Under the pieces are notes generated by a model. It searched no databases. It was given only the letters and a program-made list of their open reading frames with translations, and was not told where the DNA came from. A DNA stretch of 63,239 nt, the filler included, from Reticulomyxa filosa (Eukaryota > Protista > Foraminifera): the NCBI GenBank assembly GCA_000512085.1. It is 16 parts of 16 records of this genome, joined end to end, with 100 filler letters (N's around TTAATTAATTAA, not from the genome) between each part and the next. Parts side by side here need not be neighbours in the genome. Positions count along the whole stretch, not along the records: positions 23,081 to 34,179 come from ASPP01007462.1; positions 34,280 to 39,840 come from ASPP01020841.1; 14 more parts are not named here. One strand, written 5' to 3'. Every line of letters begins with the position of its first letter. Within the stretch, counting starts at the first letter, position 1. Shown one piece after another: positions 26,932-39,186 of this stretch. The translations under genes were made by a program, and so were the position numbers.

Positions 26932-28546
26932 ATGGAAATGTCCACTGTAAACCAGTCAAAAAACTTAAACAACAAAATTTGGCTAATGCAACCCCCGTTG
27001 AGTAGTCGTACAACACGAAGTATGCCAGAAAATGAACATCCATTTGCCGACGTAACAACCAAAGAAATTAAGGAAATGAGGGATAAAATCTTGGAACAGA
27101 ATGAACTGAGAAAAGATCGAGAGAAAAAAGTAGAGGCTCGAAAAGTTAACGTGTTCACAAAACATATTAACACTTTCGTCATTGGAATTATTAAAAAACA
27201 AATAGATGGCAGATATGTTAAAAGAATTTTTCATTCAAGCGCAGGAATGTAAAAAATTAGAAGAAACAAGCCGTTTTTTGGCAGAAAAGCAAAAAAAGGC
27301 TGAACTGGAATATAAGCAAAAAGTAAGTCAGAGAGAAAAAGAAAATAAGGCCAAAAAACAAAGGCATATTCATGAACTTGAAGAAAAACAACAACTTTTG
27401 GAAATGAAAAAAAAAGAAAAATTGGAAGAAATGGAACAAAAAAAAAAATTTTGGGAGAGAAGCAAAAGAAAACGTTGGAAAAAGTAGTTTGTAAGAGAAT
27501 TGAAGAAAGGATGGAAAAAACACACAAAGAACAGACAAGACAACTCCGAATACAAGAAGAAGAAAAACAAAAAAAAAGAATTACAAGCTCGTCAAAAAAT
27601 AGAAGTTAGATCTCGAAACTATAATTACGACATTTCATTGTGATAATATACTTTAACACGGCAAGACATGAAAAAAATTGTCTTTGGAATAGAAAAAAAA
27701 AGAAGAAGAGCGTATAGAAAAGCTGAGACAAGAAAGGATTGCAAAATCGCTTTCATTGCAGAAGAAACTGCAAGTTCGAGAGCAAAGAGCTAAAGAAATT
27801 CGGGAGCAACAAGAAGACAGTCTGCTTGACAATGGACAAAAACTAGTGGAACACATGAACAAAAATGAAATACGACGAAAGGATTTTGAGCAAAAATTGA
27901 TTATGCATTTGAGAGAACGTAGGGAGAACGCCTACAAAAAAAGACTGGTTTAACTCCTTTTCTTTTTTTCCCTCCTGTACAAACAAAACGTTATCTTCAT
28001 TATATCCAAAACAGCGTTTCACTTTAACTAAAAATACATTAGATTGTGTTGAGCAGGAAAGAACAAAAACTACTAGAAGAAGAAAGTAAAAGCATGTCAC
28101 TTGTGGAAGAGTCAATAAAATCAATCAACAAAAGAATAGACAATGTCAAAAACAGAAGGCGTAAACTTAAAGAAAAACTGCGTCAAGAAATCGAAAATAA
28201 ACTGCAATCAGCAAAAAAACGAAAAGAGGAAATCGAATTAGAAAAAGAAAATGAAATTGGACAAAAAAAATCAGAATTAGAAAAAAAATTTAAAAAAGCT
28301 GAGGCTGTCTTAAGTTTCAAGTCAAATATGGTTCAACTTTCTCGAGATCATGTCGCAGAACAGCTGCTTCGCAAGCAAGAATTTTCAGAACTTCTGGAAA
28401 AACTGGCTCGCTCTCAGGATGGTTTTGAAAAACTGCTGAAGTTGGGATTAGACTTTGAAAACCCTGATCCTGAAAAATTCAGTCCAGGGTACTTGCTGCA
28501 GAAACTGCAACAAGTAAATAGTCCGGATTTGCTCGAGGAAAAATAG
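26932..28546 (+). CDS. K/E-rich coiled-coil protein, multi-exon
   Basis: Consecutive K/E/Q-rich ORF segments with short introns and a homopolymer frameshift near 27440. Confidence 0.7.
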
Positions 28547-29774
28547 GAATGCATGTTTTAAAAAATAGCAAAAAAGTGTAGAAAAAAAATTTATCTCAAT
28601 ATCACTAGGCTCTGCCTATTAGTTAACATCTTGAAGATTTAAAGTTTGTCAATTTAAAATGCTCGAATTAAATAAAATTTTTAAAAAATACTCCAAAAAA
28701 ATTATATTCTCTTCTAAACAAAAAAGTTCAGCTGTGATAGTTCTTTGTGAAGAAAATGCCCAAGTAACAATCAACAAAACACTAGTTTTTTTTGACATCT
28801 TAGTTTTAAGTTAATGTTTCCTTTTTGTCAACAACTAATGTTTAGAATACTTTCATGGGCAAGATCAAAATAGTCATTAATAAAAAAGAGACAAAAGAAA
28901 AAATTTGGATGTGCAATTAAATTTTTCTTTTTATATGTATGTTATTGATACTTTTTTGTGTAACTCACTAAGTTAAGACTACTGTTTGTTTTTGTCACAA
29001 AAATTATTGTGTTGCATTGTAAATCGAAAATATATTATGTGAAATTTCTGGTCATAACTGTTTATTTAGTATACACTAGTAATACGTTACGTTTTGAGTT
29101 ATATATCTCAAATCTGATGCAATTATTGAAATTTGAGTTTTGAAAAGAAATAAAATGACATGCGTGCTGACTTTGTCCATGATTACTCTCTTGGCTGTTT
29201 TGGAAATGTACAACTTGAACGAATCGCATTCACTGATACTGTTGTCAAGAAGATAAGCATAAAGCAAAGACTATATGTTTGTTTTTAAAAACAGATATAC
29301 TCTGGATTAAATAATTTTTTTTCCCAAAACAAATATAAATTAACATATTATTTTGTTCATATTTTTTTGGTGATATGACGGTCTTCCAAGCTGTAATTTT
29401 TAAGTGTATATAATTTTGATGATGCTTTTTACTGTTGGATTGTCATACCTTTTTAAATATAATTTTAGCTTTGCTAATTAAATAAAATAAAGAACACGAA
29501 ATTATACCAAAGCGGAAAAAGTACAAAAAATAGACATATTTATGACTTTTTTCTACAATCTGTTTGTTTAATTTACTAGTTGCACTAACTTTGTTTCAAA
29601 AAACTAGAATTTTTTGAGTTTACCGAATTACAGCTTTCTTTATGAAATTAACATAAGAAATTAGGATTATTTTGAAAACACCAAAATTCACGAGAAAACA
29701 AAAATGAAAACAAGCGTTACTATTTAAAAAACAAAATAAGAAAAATTTTCGGTTTTCTTTTTTCGTGTATGTAA

Positions 29775-30413
29775 TTAGCGATCCAATATATACCTCATTA
29801 ATCTGTCTTTGTCGTTTGTACCAACATATTTCACATGTTCAAAACCACATTTCCGGTAAAAATGAAACGCTTTAACATTGACTGTGAATACCAACAAATA
29901 TACACATTTGACAAAACCCCGTAAGTGACCCAGCGCTTTCTCTATCATCTTTGTAGCCACTCCTTTTCCACGATACTCAGCAGGACAATAAACCGTCAAT
30001 ATCCAACCGACACACTGGTCCGTTTTGTTGCAGTATTCCATTTGTGGAGATTTTACCACCACGCAGTCAATATGGCCAAAATATAAATCTGTTTTTTCTT
30101 TGCTGTCTTTTGTTACCTCTAACACCCCATAAAAACGATCGCATGATTGCACGACCCCTCTTCGAAAATACATTTCATGGCTTTCATCTTGAATGTCAAA
30201 GCGTTGTGGAAAGTTGGTTTTAGCTGCGCTCTGGAGTTTTGTTAACGAAATGGGTTTTCCATAGTGATGATAGATATTTAAGAACTTTAGAGCTGATTCG
30301 TCGTGTTCGTTTGTTAACCACTCCCAAAAGAGTTTGCTGTCAGTATCCCTAACTAATTTCGCAACACATGAGCTTAAGTCTTTGTCCTTGGTTTTTTCCT
30401 CGACGGCAGTCAT
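29775..30413 (-). CDS. GNAT-family N-acetyltransferase, intronless
   Basis: Acetyl-CoA motif A YCPAEYRGKGVATKMI and motif B NVKAFHFYRKCGF; likely start MTAVEE at 30413. Confidence 0.88.
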   Translation of the reverse strand: MTAVEEKTKDKDLSSCVAKLVRDTDSKLFWEWLTNEHDESALKFLNIYHHYGKPISLTKLQSAAKTNFPQRFDIQDESHEMYFRRGVVQSCDRFYGVLEVTKDSKEKTDLYFGHIDCVVVKSPQMEYCNKTDQCVGWILTVYCPAEYRGKGVATKMIEKALGHLRGFVKCVYLLVFTVNVKAFHFYRKCGFEHVKYVGTNDKDRLMRYILDR

Positions 30414-30649
30414 AGCAAGAATTGAAGAATGGAATAAATTCCTCGAAGAAACTCCCCAAGAAATTTCTTCAGTATATAGCAAAAATTCTTTTATACCTTT
30501 CGTTAAAGTGCAAAAATTACTTTGCATTCTCTCAAAACCATTCATAAATAATTAATATGAAGTAAACATCAGCAATTACGTAAGCATTCTTTTTACTTCA
30601 ACAAAGCGAAAGGAGACTCTTGAATTTCAACAAATTAATCTGTCTTTCG

Positions 30650-33377
30650 ATGAAAAGAAATTTGACAGAGATCATTGAAGACGAACAACTCGATTTCACT
30701 CCAGCCTTGAAACGGGCTCGAAAATGCTTGGTAAAATTGTGCTAATTTTGGAGAGAAAAAGCTGTTCCGACAAGGTTTTTTTCTTCCGGAAGAAAAAAAG
30801 AAAAGCGTGTTTTTAAAAAAATGTGACAGAGTCCATTGCCACATGAGTGTGGTTTGAGCAAGGGACACGAAGCATTTTTGTCAACTCAAAAAACGGCTAT
30901 TCTGAGATGTGACTCGGGTGTTGCCTTGGAAGAAACCACAGCAAAAAACAATCTCACGTGCTGCAATTGCAATGAAACAATTGGATTAGACGACACCTAC
31001 TACAAATGTCCGAAGACAGGCACAAATGGGTGCAGCCATGCATCTTCTTTAGATTCACATCCGAATGGTTACAACATTTGCGAAAGCTGCTTCAATCTAG
31101 AAAAGGTTTTTTTTAAATTTATTATTTAAGTAGTCTTGTGATAAACTTTGAAAATATTAATTTTGACAAATGAAAAAAAAAAATAAAAATGTAAAACGGA
31201 TCAGAACAATTACACTGGAGCGGTCACACTAGGCCAACGAGTGCGTATGAAAATTGACGGCGAGTATGTGTTGGGAAGCATTATTCACCACTGGATCGAT
31301 GATGACATGTATAGTATACAAGTCGATGGAGAAAGTCGTGAGCACGCAAAAGCTTACAATATATATGACCCATTTTGGGATGTGCACTTTGTTCAATCCA
31401 ATGCAGTTTGTTTATCTTATATTTCTGTTCCTGTTGCATATACCACTACTTTTATTGTGGTGATTGTCCTTTGCTTCTTTACTACAGATAAGACCAACCC
31501 CGACTAAGATCACCGTATGCTTTGTTTTGAGCATTTTTTTTTTAAAAAGAAAAAAAGAGGATGTGTAATATTTTCCATAGAATGCAAAAAAAAATAAAAA
31601 ATAAAAAATAAAAAATCAAATGACACCCAATGTTTCCAATAGCCCATGGCAAAGGATCCAATAGCATGCACGCGCACAATACCTCGTTGTGCGAGTGGTT
31701 GTAAAATGGTTAAAATGGACGCAGGTCGGGTCTATGGTGGACACGAGAAGAATAAAGAAAACAATGATCAAGACAACAAAAGCATGGAAATCGAAACCTC
31801 AGAAAAAGAGACATCGGAAGGGGACTTGAAACAAAAGTTAGACTTTGCAAGAGAAAGCATGGTAGTGGAAAAAGACGAAACCAAAGGGGTTTGGTGCGAC
31901 AGCTGTAAACAATTTATTGCCAGTGGTAATGTTATTTATCATTGTGAAAATATCGACAGCCTTTTGCATCCGGTTTGTAGTTTGTGCTTTCGTTTTGCAC
32001 ATTGTTAATATATGGCGTACGCTTTGAGAAAAAAGCAAATAACACAATTGAAAATAAATAGAATGGTTACGATGTATGCTTGGAATGTTCGAAAAAACAA
32101 TTGAAAAAATCAATTGACTTGCAATCCTATGACCTGTCTGGGTTGGCGCAATTTCTGAAATCCGCTCAATGTAAAAATGTGGTTGTGCTGGTCGGTGCGG
32201 GTATATCACGCGCCGCTGGCATACCCGATTTTCGGTTCGATTTCAATTGTTTGTTTGTGTGAATGTGTCATTCATTTGACTGTTGCGTTGCAAATGAACT
32301 CCATTTTTGCACACAATGGGTTGTAACTAAAGGTCGAGCGATGGCATCTATGGTAATTTGCAAGCCGACAAGTATAGCTTGACCAACAATCAGAGAAGAC
32401 GAGTGACTAAAGATGCTCAATACATTTTTAATATTGAATTGTTTCGACACAATCCCAAAGTTAATTGAAATGATGTATTTGCTACATGCAGTATAAAAGC
32501 CAATGCAAATGCGCAAATAATACAATAATATAATGTGGAACAAGGTATTATATGAAGTTCTTGCGGATATTTTGAACAAGCGTTGCAAACCAACACTTAC
32601 GCATTGCTTTCTACGCTTACTTCAAAATAAAGGCAAACTGCGCTGGTTATTTACTCAAAATGTAGATGCCTTGGAACGATGCGTGGGTATTAATCCCTCC
32701 AAATTGATTGAGTGCCATGGCACTTTTTCAACGGCCTCGTGTTTCAAATGTAAACAGGAAGTGTCGATTTCATTGGTAAGAGAATGTGTGTTGAAGAAAC
32801 AAATCCCAATTCATTGCCCGAATTGTGATTCTCCGTTGGTTAAGCCAGATTGTGTTCTTTTTGGCGAAGATTTGCCTGCCAAATATTATCAAGCTGCAAA
32901 AAAACAAATCTATGACATTGATCTTTTGTTGGTTATTGGCACCTCGCTCAGTGTCAAGCCAGTGTCAAATGTACTGTTCATCTTTCAAACATCAAATATA
33001 CTCGCAATACTATCTATTTCTCTGTTAACCCCTCTCAAACAATATTTGTGAGATGAAAAAAAGAAAAAAATAAGTACAAAACAACCATAAACCTACTTCA
33101 GTTACCTGTTGAAATGCCTCTTGGATGTGTTCGAGCTGTGCTAAATATGGAACAATCACCAAATATGGGATGGATCTTCGACTTTGAAAGCAAAAAGAGA
33201 GACATTTTTATCCAAGGAACATGTGATGATAGTATCACTGAATTATGTAAACTGCTGGAATGGGACGAAGAACTCAAAGAATTGCAAAACAAATTTGAAC
33301 GTGTTCACACAAAAATATTGGAGCGAGCTGTTAGTCCAGATTGTCAAGGACAAAATGCAGACTTAATGTCTCAATGA
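30650..33377 (+). CDS. Class I (SIRT2/Hst2-like) sirtuin with an N-terminal NLS and Cys/His zinc-finger-like domains
   Basis: GAGISRAAGIPDFR, TQNVDALE, HGTF, CxxC..CxxC, KPDCVLFGEDLP, GTSLSV. Exon 1 MKRNL..PALKRARKCL splices in frame at 30830. Confidence 0.9.
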
Positions 33378-33716
33378 TTAATCAATGCAACTTTAATTGT
33401 TGTTGGGTTTTTGGGAGTTATTTATTTGGTTTTGTTTGCCATGCTCAATCTCAATATGAATAAATTTGTTGCCCCGCAACTGAATTTTCATCATTTACCT
33501 TCATATCATCCACAAACATCGAATGTATCTCGAGTTTAGTCTGCCACGTTACACAACGTCAATAAAAATACACAAATACGATAAAAGATTGTTTTTATAA
33601 ATGATCTTTTCAAACTAAATTAATCTTTTAATGAGGCATAATATTAAAAAAAAAAAAGTAGTTAAAACCTAAACTCTTGAAGGTCTTTTCATTTTTTTAA
33701 ATTTATTTCATATAAT

Positions 33717-33815
33717 GTAATTCATTATAATTATATCAAAATCGTCGATCCATCCAAATTTTATTTGCAAAATCTTGATCTAATGTTGAATAATATATTT
33801 CATTTCACTTTTTAC
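33717..33815 (-). pseudogene. Remnant of the IIxxWxRI..GWIxDF N-terminal module
   Basis: Translates as IIQH*IKILQIKFGWIDDFDIIIMNY, with the conserved Trp changed to TAG. Confidence 0.6.
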
Positions 33816-34097
33816 CTGTTTCGTGTAATTTATTTATATTTCATAAAAAAAAAAAACAAAAACAAAAACAAATCTTCATATGAGTTTATACTGGTTCATT
33901 TTTATCATTTAATCTTCAGATGATATATATATGATTCTAGTCTTCACTGAATAATGCAGCACAATATGTCAATGGTATATATAAATTATTTTGAATATCA
34001 AAATATTCATTATTTTTAATTACAAATTTATACATTTTTTCCGAAGCAATAGTAATGTCACTACATCCACCAAATAGTAATAGTAATGTCACTACTA

Positions 34098-34179
34098 CAG
34101 TAGAATGCAAAGTAAAGTTGACACCTAAAATGGCACCTTATAGAGATGATTGATTTTCTTCATGAAAAAACAACATTCA
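34098..34179 (+). mobile_element. Tc1/mariner-like TIR, running into the contig end
   Basis: TA|CAGTAGAATGCAAAGTAAAGTTGACACCTAAAATGGCACC. Confidence 0.7.
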
Positions 34180-34279
34180 NNNNNNNNNNNNNNNNNNNNN
34201 NNNNNNNNNNNNNNNNNNNNNNNTTAATTAATTAANNNNNNNNNNNNNNNNNNNNNNNNNNNNNNNNNNNNNNNNNNNN

Positions 34280-34310
<31 letters not shown>

Positions 34311-34328
34311 TAATACTTACAAATTTAG

Positions 34329-36036
34329 AATGGAAAAATGGGACATGGAAAAAAACGCCCAGGAAAGCCTCAAATGGATCTAATGGAACGAGTGACAAGT
34401 GAGGCACAAGTGGAGTGGGCGAATTTGTTTTATGAATCCACCGAAGACAAGATTGTGTACCAAGTCAAGTCGATCATGTTGCAATCCGAAAATAACGAAG
34501 AATCGGACACAAACAATAATTTTTCGAAAACTCAAACTGGTAAACCATCTGATTTTGGCTCTGCCTTATCATTAGTTCAGTCACGATCGTCCACGGAAGA
34601 CCCATCTGTTAGTGCTGTTATGTGCTTTTCCAAAAAAAAAAAAAAAAAAATTTTAATTACCACCCCTTCTTCAGCACCCTGAAATGCAACAAACAATTTG
34701 CTTTTGTCATTTCACACGACCACAATAACAACAACAACAACAACAAATTTGGATAGTTGGAAGAAGTGAAAACAGATAAAAACAAAGAGCGCGATGATCG
34801 AACGAATAGTGTCGCGACGGCACAAAAAGAGAGAGAGAAATTTGCAAAGATACCAACCATTGGAAAGTATCGCGAGTATTTTTTTGCTTCCTTTGAACAC
34901 TGGTGTGAATCCAATGAAATACTTTGGATTATTCGAGAGTACTTGGACGCCACTGTCGCATTTTTATTGTTAGATTTCTTTTTTTCCTCCTTTTGTGACA
35001 CAAGGCATTTACATACATATATTAATGTATAATGACAATAAACACTAAAAAACACACAAGCAAAATGCACGGCAAATATCTGCGCGAATTGATGCTAGAA
35101 GCGGACAAAGATAATATTGACGAAGATGACGACAGCAGAGAAACAGATACTGATCATCCCCGATCGAAAGTGGATCTCCCCAGAATGGTTTGAATAACAC
35201 ACAACAGTGAAAAGAGAGGGCAATTGCATTCTTTTGTTTGTCATCAATTTTTGTTTGTTGCTTATTTGCAAACCAAAAAAAAAAAAGTCCCAAGTGGTAG
35301 ATTTACAAATTCGTCCGTTGGTCGAAAGGGCCGTTGTTGAAGTTGTTTTGGAATCCAAAGCACGAGAGATACTAGTTACAATAAGAAAAACAAACAAAAT
35401 TACAATCGAGTGTAGCTTTATCTCTGTCTCCATTTTCTTTTTTTGCAAATTACATTCAAATGATTCTGCATACGGGGGGGGGGGGGGGATCATATACAAA
35501 AGAAAGTAGTGGAACGAAGAACGCGAAGCAAATATCAATTGTTGGTGCAAAAGTTGTCCAAGTTGATCGGAAAACAACAGAGTGACTTTGGCATTCCTGC
35601 CAAAAACCAAAACAAAGACGATTGGAAGTTCGCTGTTGAACAGTTGCAATTGTTGAAACAAAGTCATCTTCCCATTGACATGGTTCAATGCTTAATCGCA
35701 ACTGCGACTACTATCCATAAACAGAACACGTCCAAAGATCCCATTGATGCGGATGACTTCATCAATGTTTTGTCATATCTATGTCTACTTTTCTTACAGC
35801 TCGCGATCCATAAGCAAACAAATAAATTTGCACTCATACGAAAAATACAGATCGCCATTTATGTGTATGTCAAATCCTCCACTCTAAAAACACCTGCTAT
35901 TACCGAGGCAGAGCTCCTGTTTATTGAAGGTCTTATCGACAAACAGACAGCAATGTCTGAAGGTGGATATTATTTCACTGTCTTTCGATCTGTGGTTAAT
36001 TGGATTTACACTTTTGAGGAAAAGAAAAAAGACTAA
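34329..36036 (+). CDS. VPS9-domain (Rab5-family GEF) protein, 5' truncated
   Basis: W..AVEQLQLL...P..MVQCL, ADDF, and SEGGYYFTVFRSVVNWI. Confidence 0.8.
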
Positions 36037-36461
36037 TCTGGCTATCTTTTTGCTTTTCTTTATTGTCTATTTGTTGTTTGTTTGTTTGTTTTGCCTGTTT
36101 TTCTCTCAATAGTTGATATCACACCGTTTTTTTCACCTTTTTTTTTCCACCCCTTCTGTGTATGTTGTTTTTTTTTTGTGAGTCACACTGAGATAAAGGA
36201 AAGGTTAGATTCGTCTTTAAAAATAAATAATATTTGCTGATAATCCTCAAACTCAACCCCAATAAAATCTTGCTTCTTTTTTGATCCTGATCAGAGTTAT
36301 CTGCAACTCGATTATTCCTATAACATTTTCTTGGCCTTCCATAGCCTTAGATAGATCAACATCCCAAAATGAGATTCAGAGCGAATATAACCAGTTTACT
36401 TTTGGCAAAAAAGTAAACTGCAGGTTGTGTTTCCTTTTTTTTCTTTTATGGGAAAAAAGCT

Positions 36462-37458
36462 ATGACGCAACAAGATCTAAAAGAACCTGGAGATAACAAT
36501 AATAAGCGAATAAAAAGAAATGAAACAGTTTTGAAAGGATGAGGAATAACTTTGCCTGCACAATTTGGCATTGTGCTATTGATGAGTTTTTTCAAAATTT
36601 GTGTGGCAAAAAATTGGCTTGGAAAACAATTCGGTCAAGACAACAATCAATACACACACTCTACGAAAAGGGATGGGTTCCAGATAAACAAGCTCCACAG
36701 TGCATGATATGTCGTAAAAAGTTTAATCGCATCGGCACTCGGAGAGTTGAGTTTGAAAAGGGTTTGAAATGGGTCCAAATCAAAAGGAAAAAAAAAGTCT
36801 ACTTTTTTTTTTTCCCCCTTCCGCGTTTCTTCCATAATTAGTCATTTGCATAACAGTCAATCTTGTAATTTCATCTCCAACCCTCTTCCCTTTGATTGTG
36901 CAAGTAGACAGTGAGATGAATGCAAAAAAAAAAAAAACAAAGCATCATTGCCGAGAGTGTGGACGTGTGGTATGTGACAAGTGCTCTCCGCATCGAAAGA
37001 AATTTGCAGCGGAGCCAGGTAAAAAACGGATATGCAGAGAGTGCTTCAGCAGCATCGGGCCAGTGTACATGTCAAAACAACAAGTGGTATCCGAGCCCGA
37101 CGAAGCGGAAAATGAAGACCGAGGGAGGTCACAATCGGAAAAAGTTGGCATGGAACAAAACAAACCGAAACCTGGGATGCATCAATACTCCATGTCGACG
37201 GCCACCGAAGTGTTGCAACGGTCTACTGCTCTTCCTTTCAATAAAATGAGTGATGACGCAAGTAATCATTCGTATGGGGCTACCGAGTCTCTTAAACAAA
37301 ACGCTCCGGTACCCTCTCCCGCAGCTGTCGATGATTATAGTCATGTCAAGTCGTTCACTCCTCATGTGGACAAACAACCTTTGTTAGATGAGCAACATCT
37401 GAAACATACCTCCAATCAACAATCTCATTGTTGTACTTGTCACTGTACTATTTTGTAA
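36462..37458 (+). CDS. FYVE zinc-finger protein with a C-terminal CaaX box
   Basis: WVPD..CMIC..F....RR|HHCRECGRVVCDKCS..RICREC; ends CCTCHCTIL*. Confidence 0.88.
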
Positions 37459-37962
37459 ACAATTCAGATTTTGATTGTGCTAGTGTTCCGGAATGCAACA
37501 CTCTAACTTCTTTTTCGTTGAGAGATAACGAACAATAAACATATTATTAGATTAGAACACTTTATTTTTTTTTTATGTAGATCATGCGATCCGCATTGTC
37601 GTTTACAAAATTGCAGTACTTAATTCAACAGTTGCATTCGATTTTATTAATTTCATTTGTTTTTTTTTAATCTTGAAAAATTGTGGACCAAAAAAGTTGA
37701 TGTGTATCTTGGTTTTTCATGATCTCCACAATATGTGTAAAATATGCAATGGAATAAAAAAAAGGCCCAAGATTTATCATGTTGTTTTGCAGTAAGCATG
37801 GAACATAGTGGATCTGTGCAGATAAATCAACTAAATCACCAAAAATATCACTTAAAAAGTGAATCGCTTTACCAGTTTTTCAATAAGACGTTAGAGATTT
37901 GCTGCCTTTTTTTTTTGATGTGGTAATCCGCAAAGCTCCATTGTAGGAAAAAGAAAATAAAA

Positions 37963-38976
37963 ATGACCCAAGAAATAGCAAAAAAAGGTTGCGCAGTGAT
38001 TGTTGGTGTCGGCCCTGGCTTGGGCCGTTCGCTTGCGTTGAGGTTTGCTAAAGGAGGCTATCACGTGGCCTTAGTGTCAAGGAGTAAAACATCAACCGAG
38101 CCAGTAGCGAAAGAAATACTGACAACGCATAAAAATATCAAAACCTTGTGTCTCTCAGTGAATACGCAAGAAGAGGACATAAAAAAAGTTTGGAGGACTC
38201 AATCTATAATTACAAAAAAAATACAACTACTCTTATCAAAGAATGACATTTGCAGACAAATTTACAACAATAACTCCAAATTCATTACATAAAAACTTGC
38301 TTTCACAATAGCGACAAAACACATAAACAAATAAATCGCTATGTAAAGGCTCACAAGGAAATCCAAACAGAATTAGGAGATGTCGAAGTATTATGTTACA
38401 ACGCAAGCACAGGTATATTTGACATGCTTATTCTAAACAAAAGCTCACAATGGGATCAAAAAAAAAAAAGGATTTAACAAAAAGTCAATAACTGAAGTAA
38501 CTCAAGAAGAAATGATGAATGCTTTCAATGTCTCTTGTGTCGGAGCTGCAATTTGGTCCAAAGTTGTTGTTCCTGCGATGATTCAAAATCAAAAAGGAAC
38601 AATTTTGTTTACTGGTTAACTTTTTTTCTTATTTTTTTAAAGTATAATTTGAAATTGATGATGAAATAAAAAAAAACACAGGAGCGACTGCTTCAATGCG
38701 GGTGGTGCAATGTTGACAGCATTTGCGTGTGCAAAGTGGGGCTTACGCGCTTTGTCTCAATCTCTAGCAAGAGAGTTGGGCCCAAAGGGAATACACGTTG
38801 CACACGTTGTCGTAGATGGCGTCATTTACGCCAAAAAAACAGAGGGATGGCTCAAAGAGAGAAATCAATTTATGGAGGCCAGTGATATGGCAGAGTCTTA
38901 TTGGACTTTGCACACTCAGGCGCCTAGTGCGTGGTCTCAAGAAATTGATTTGCGACCTTTTTGTGAAAAATTTTGA
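37963..38976 (+). CDS. Short-chain dehydrogenase/reductase, 4 exons
   Basis: GVGPGLG, YNA, FTGATAS, FACAK, ARELGPKGIHVAHVVVDG, EIDLRP; one G-run frameshift at ~38701. Confidence 0.9.
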
Positions 38977-39186
38977 GCTAATCTTTTTGAAAAATTACTT
39001 TTTAATGCTGGTCAAAAAATTTGGTTATGCTATTAATTTTTTTTTTTGTGCTCTCATTATAAAATTGGACCAGAATCAAAGTTACAATAGCAATTTTTTG
39101 ATACTCATTAATAACTTTTTTCACAAAGTAAATAAAATAGTAATTAATAAAACAAGATAAACACAACCGGAAGTACAAGAGCAAAA

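Noticed and set aside
30821-30826. In-frame ATG-TGA at the sirtuin start suggesting recoding or selenocysteine
   Set aside because: It lies inside an intron; exon 1 from 30650 splices in frame at 30830
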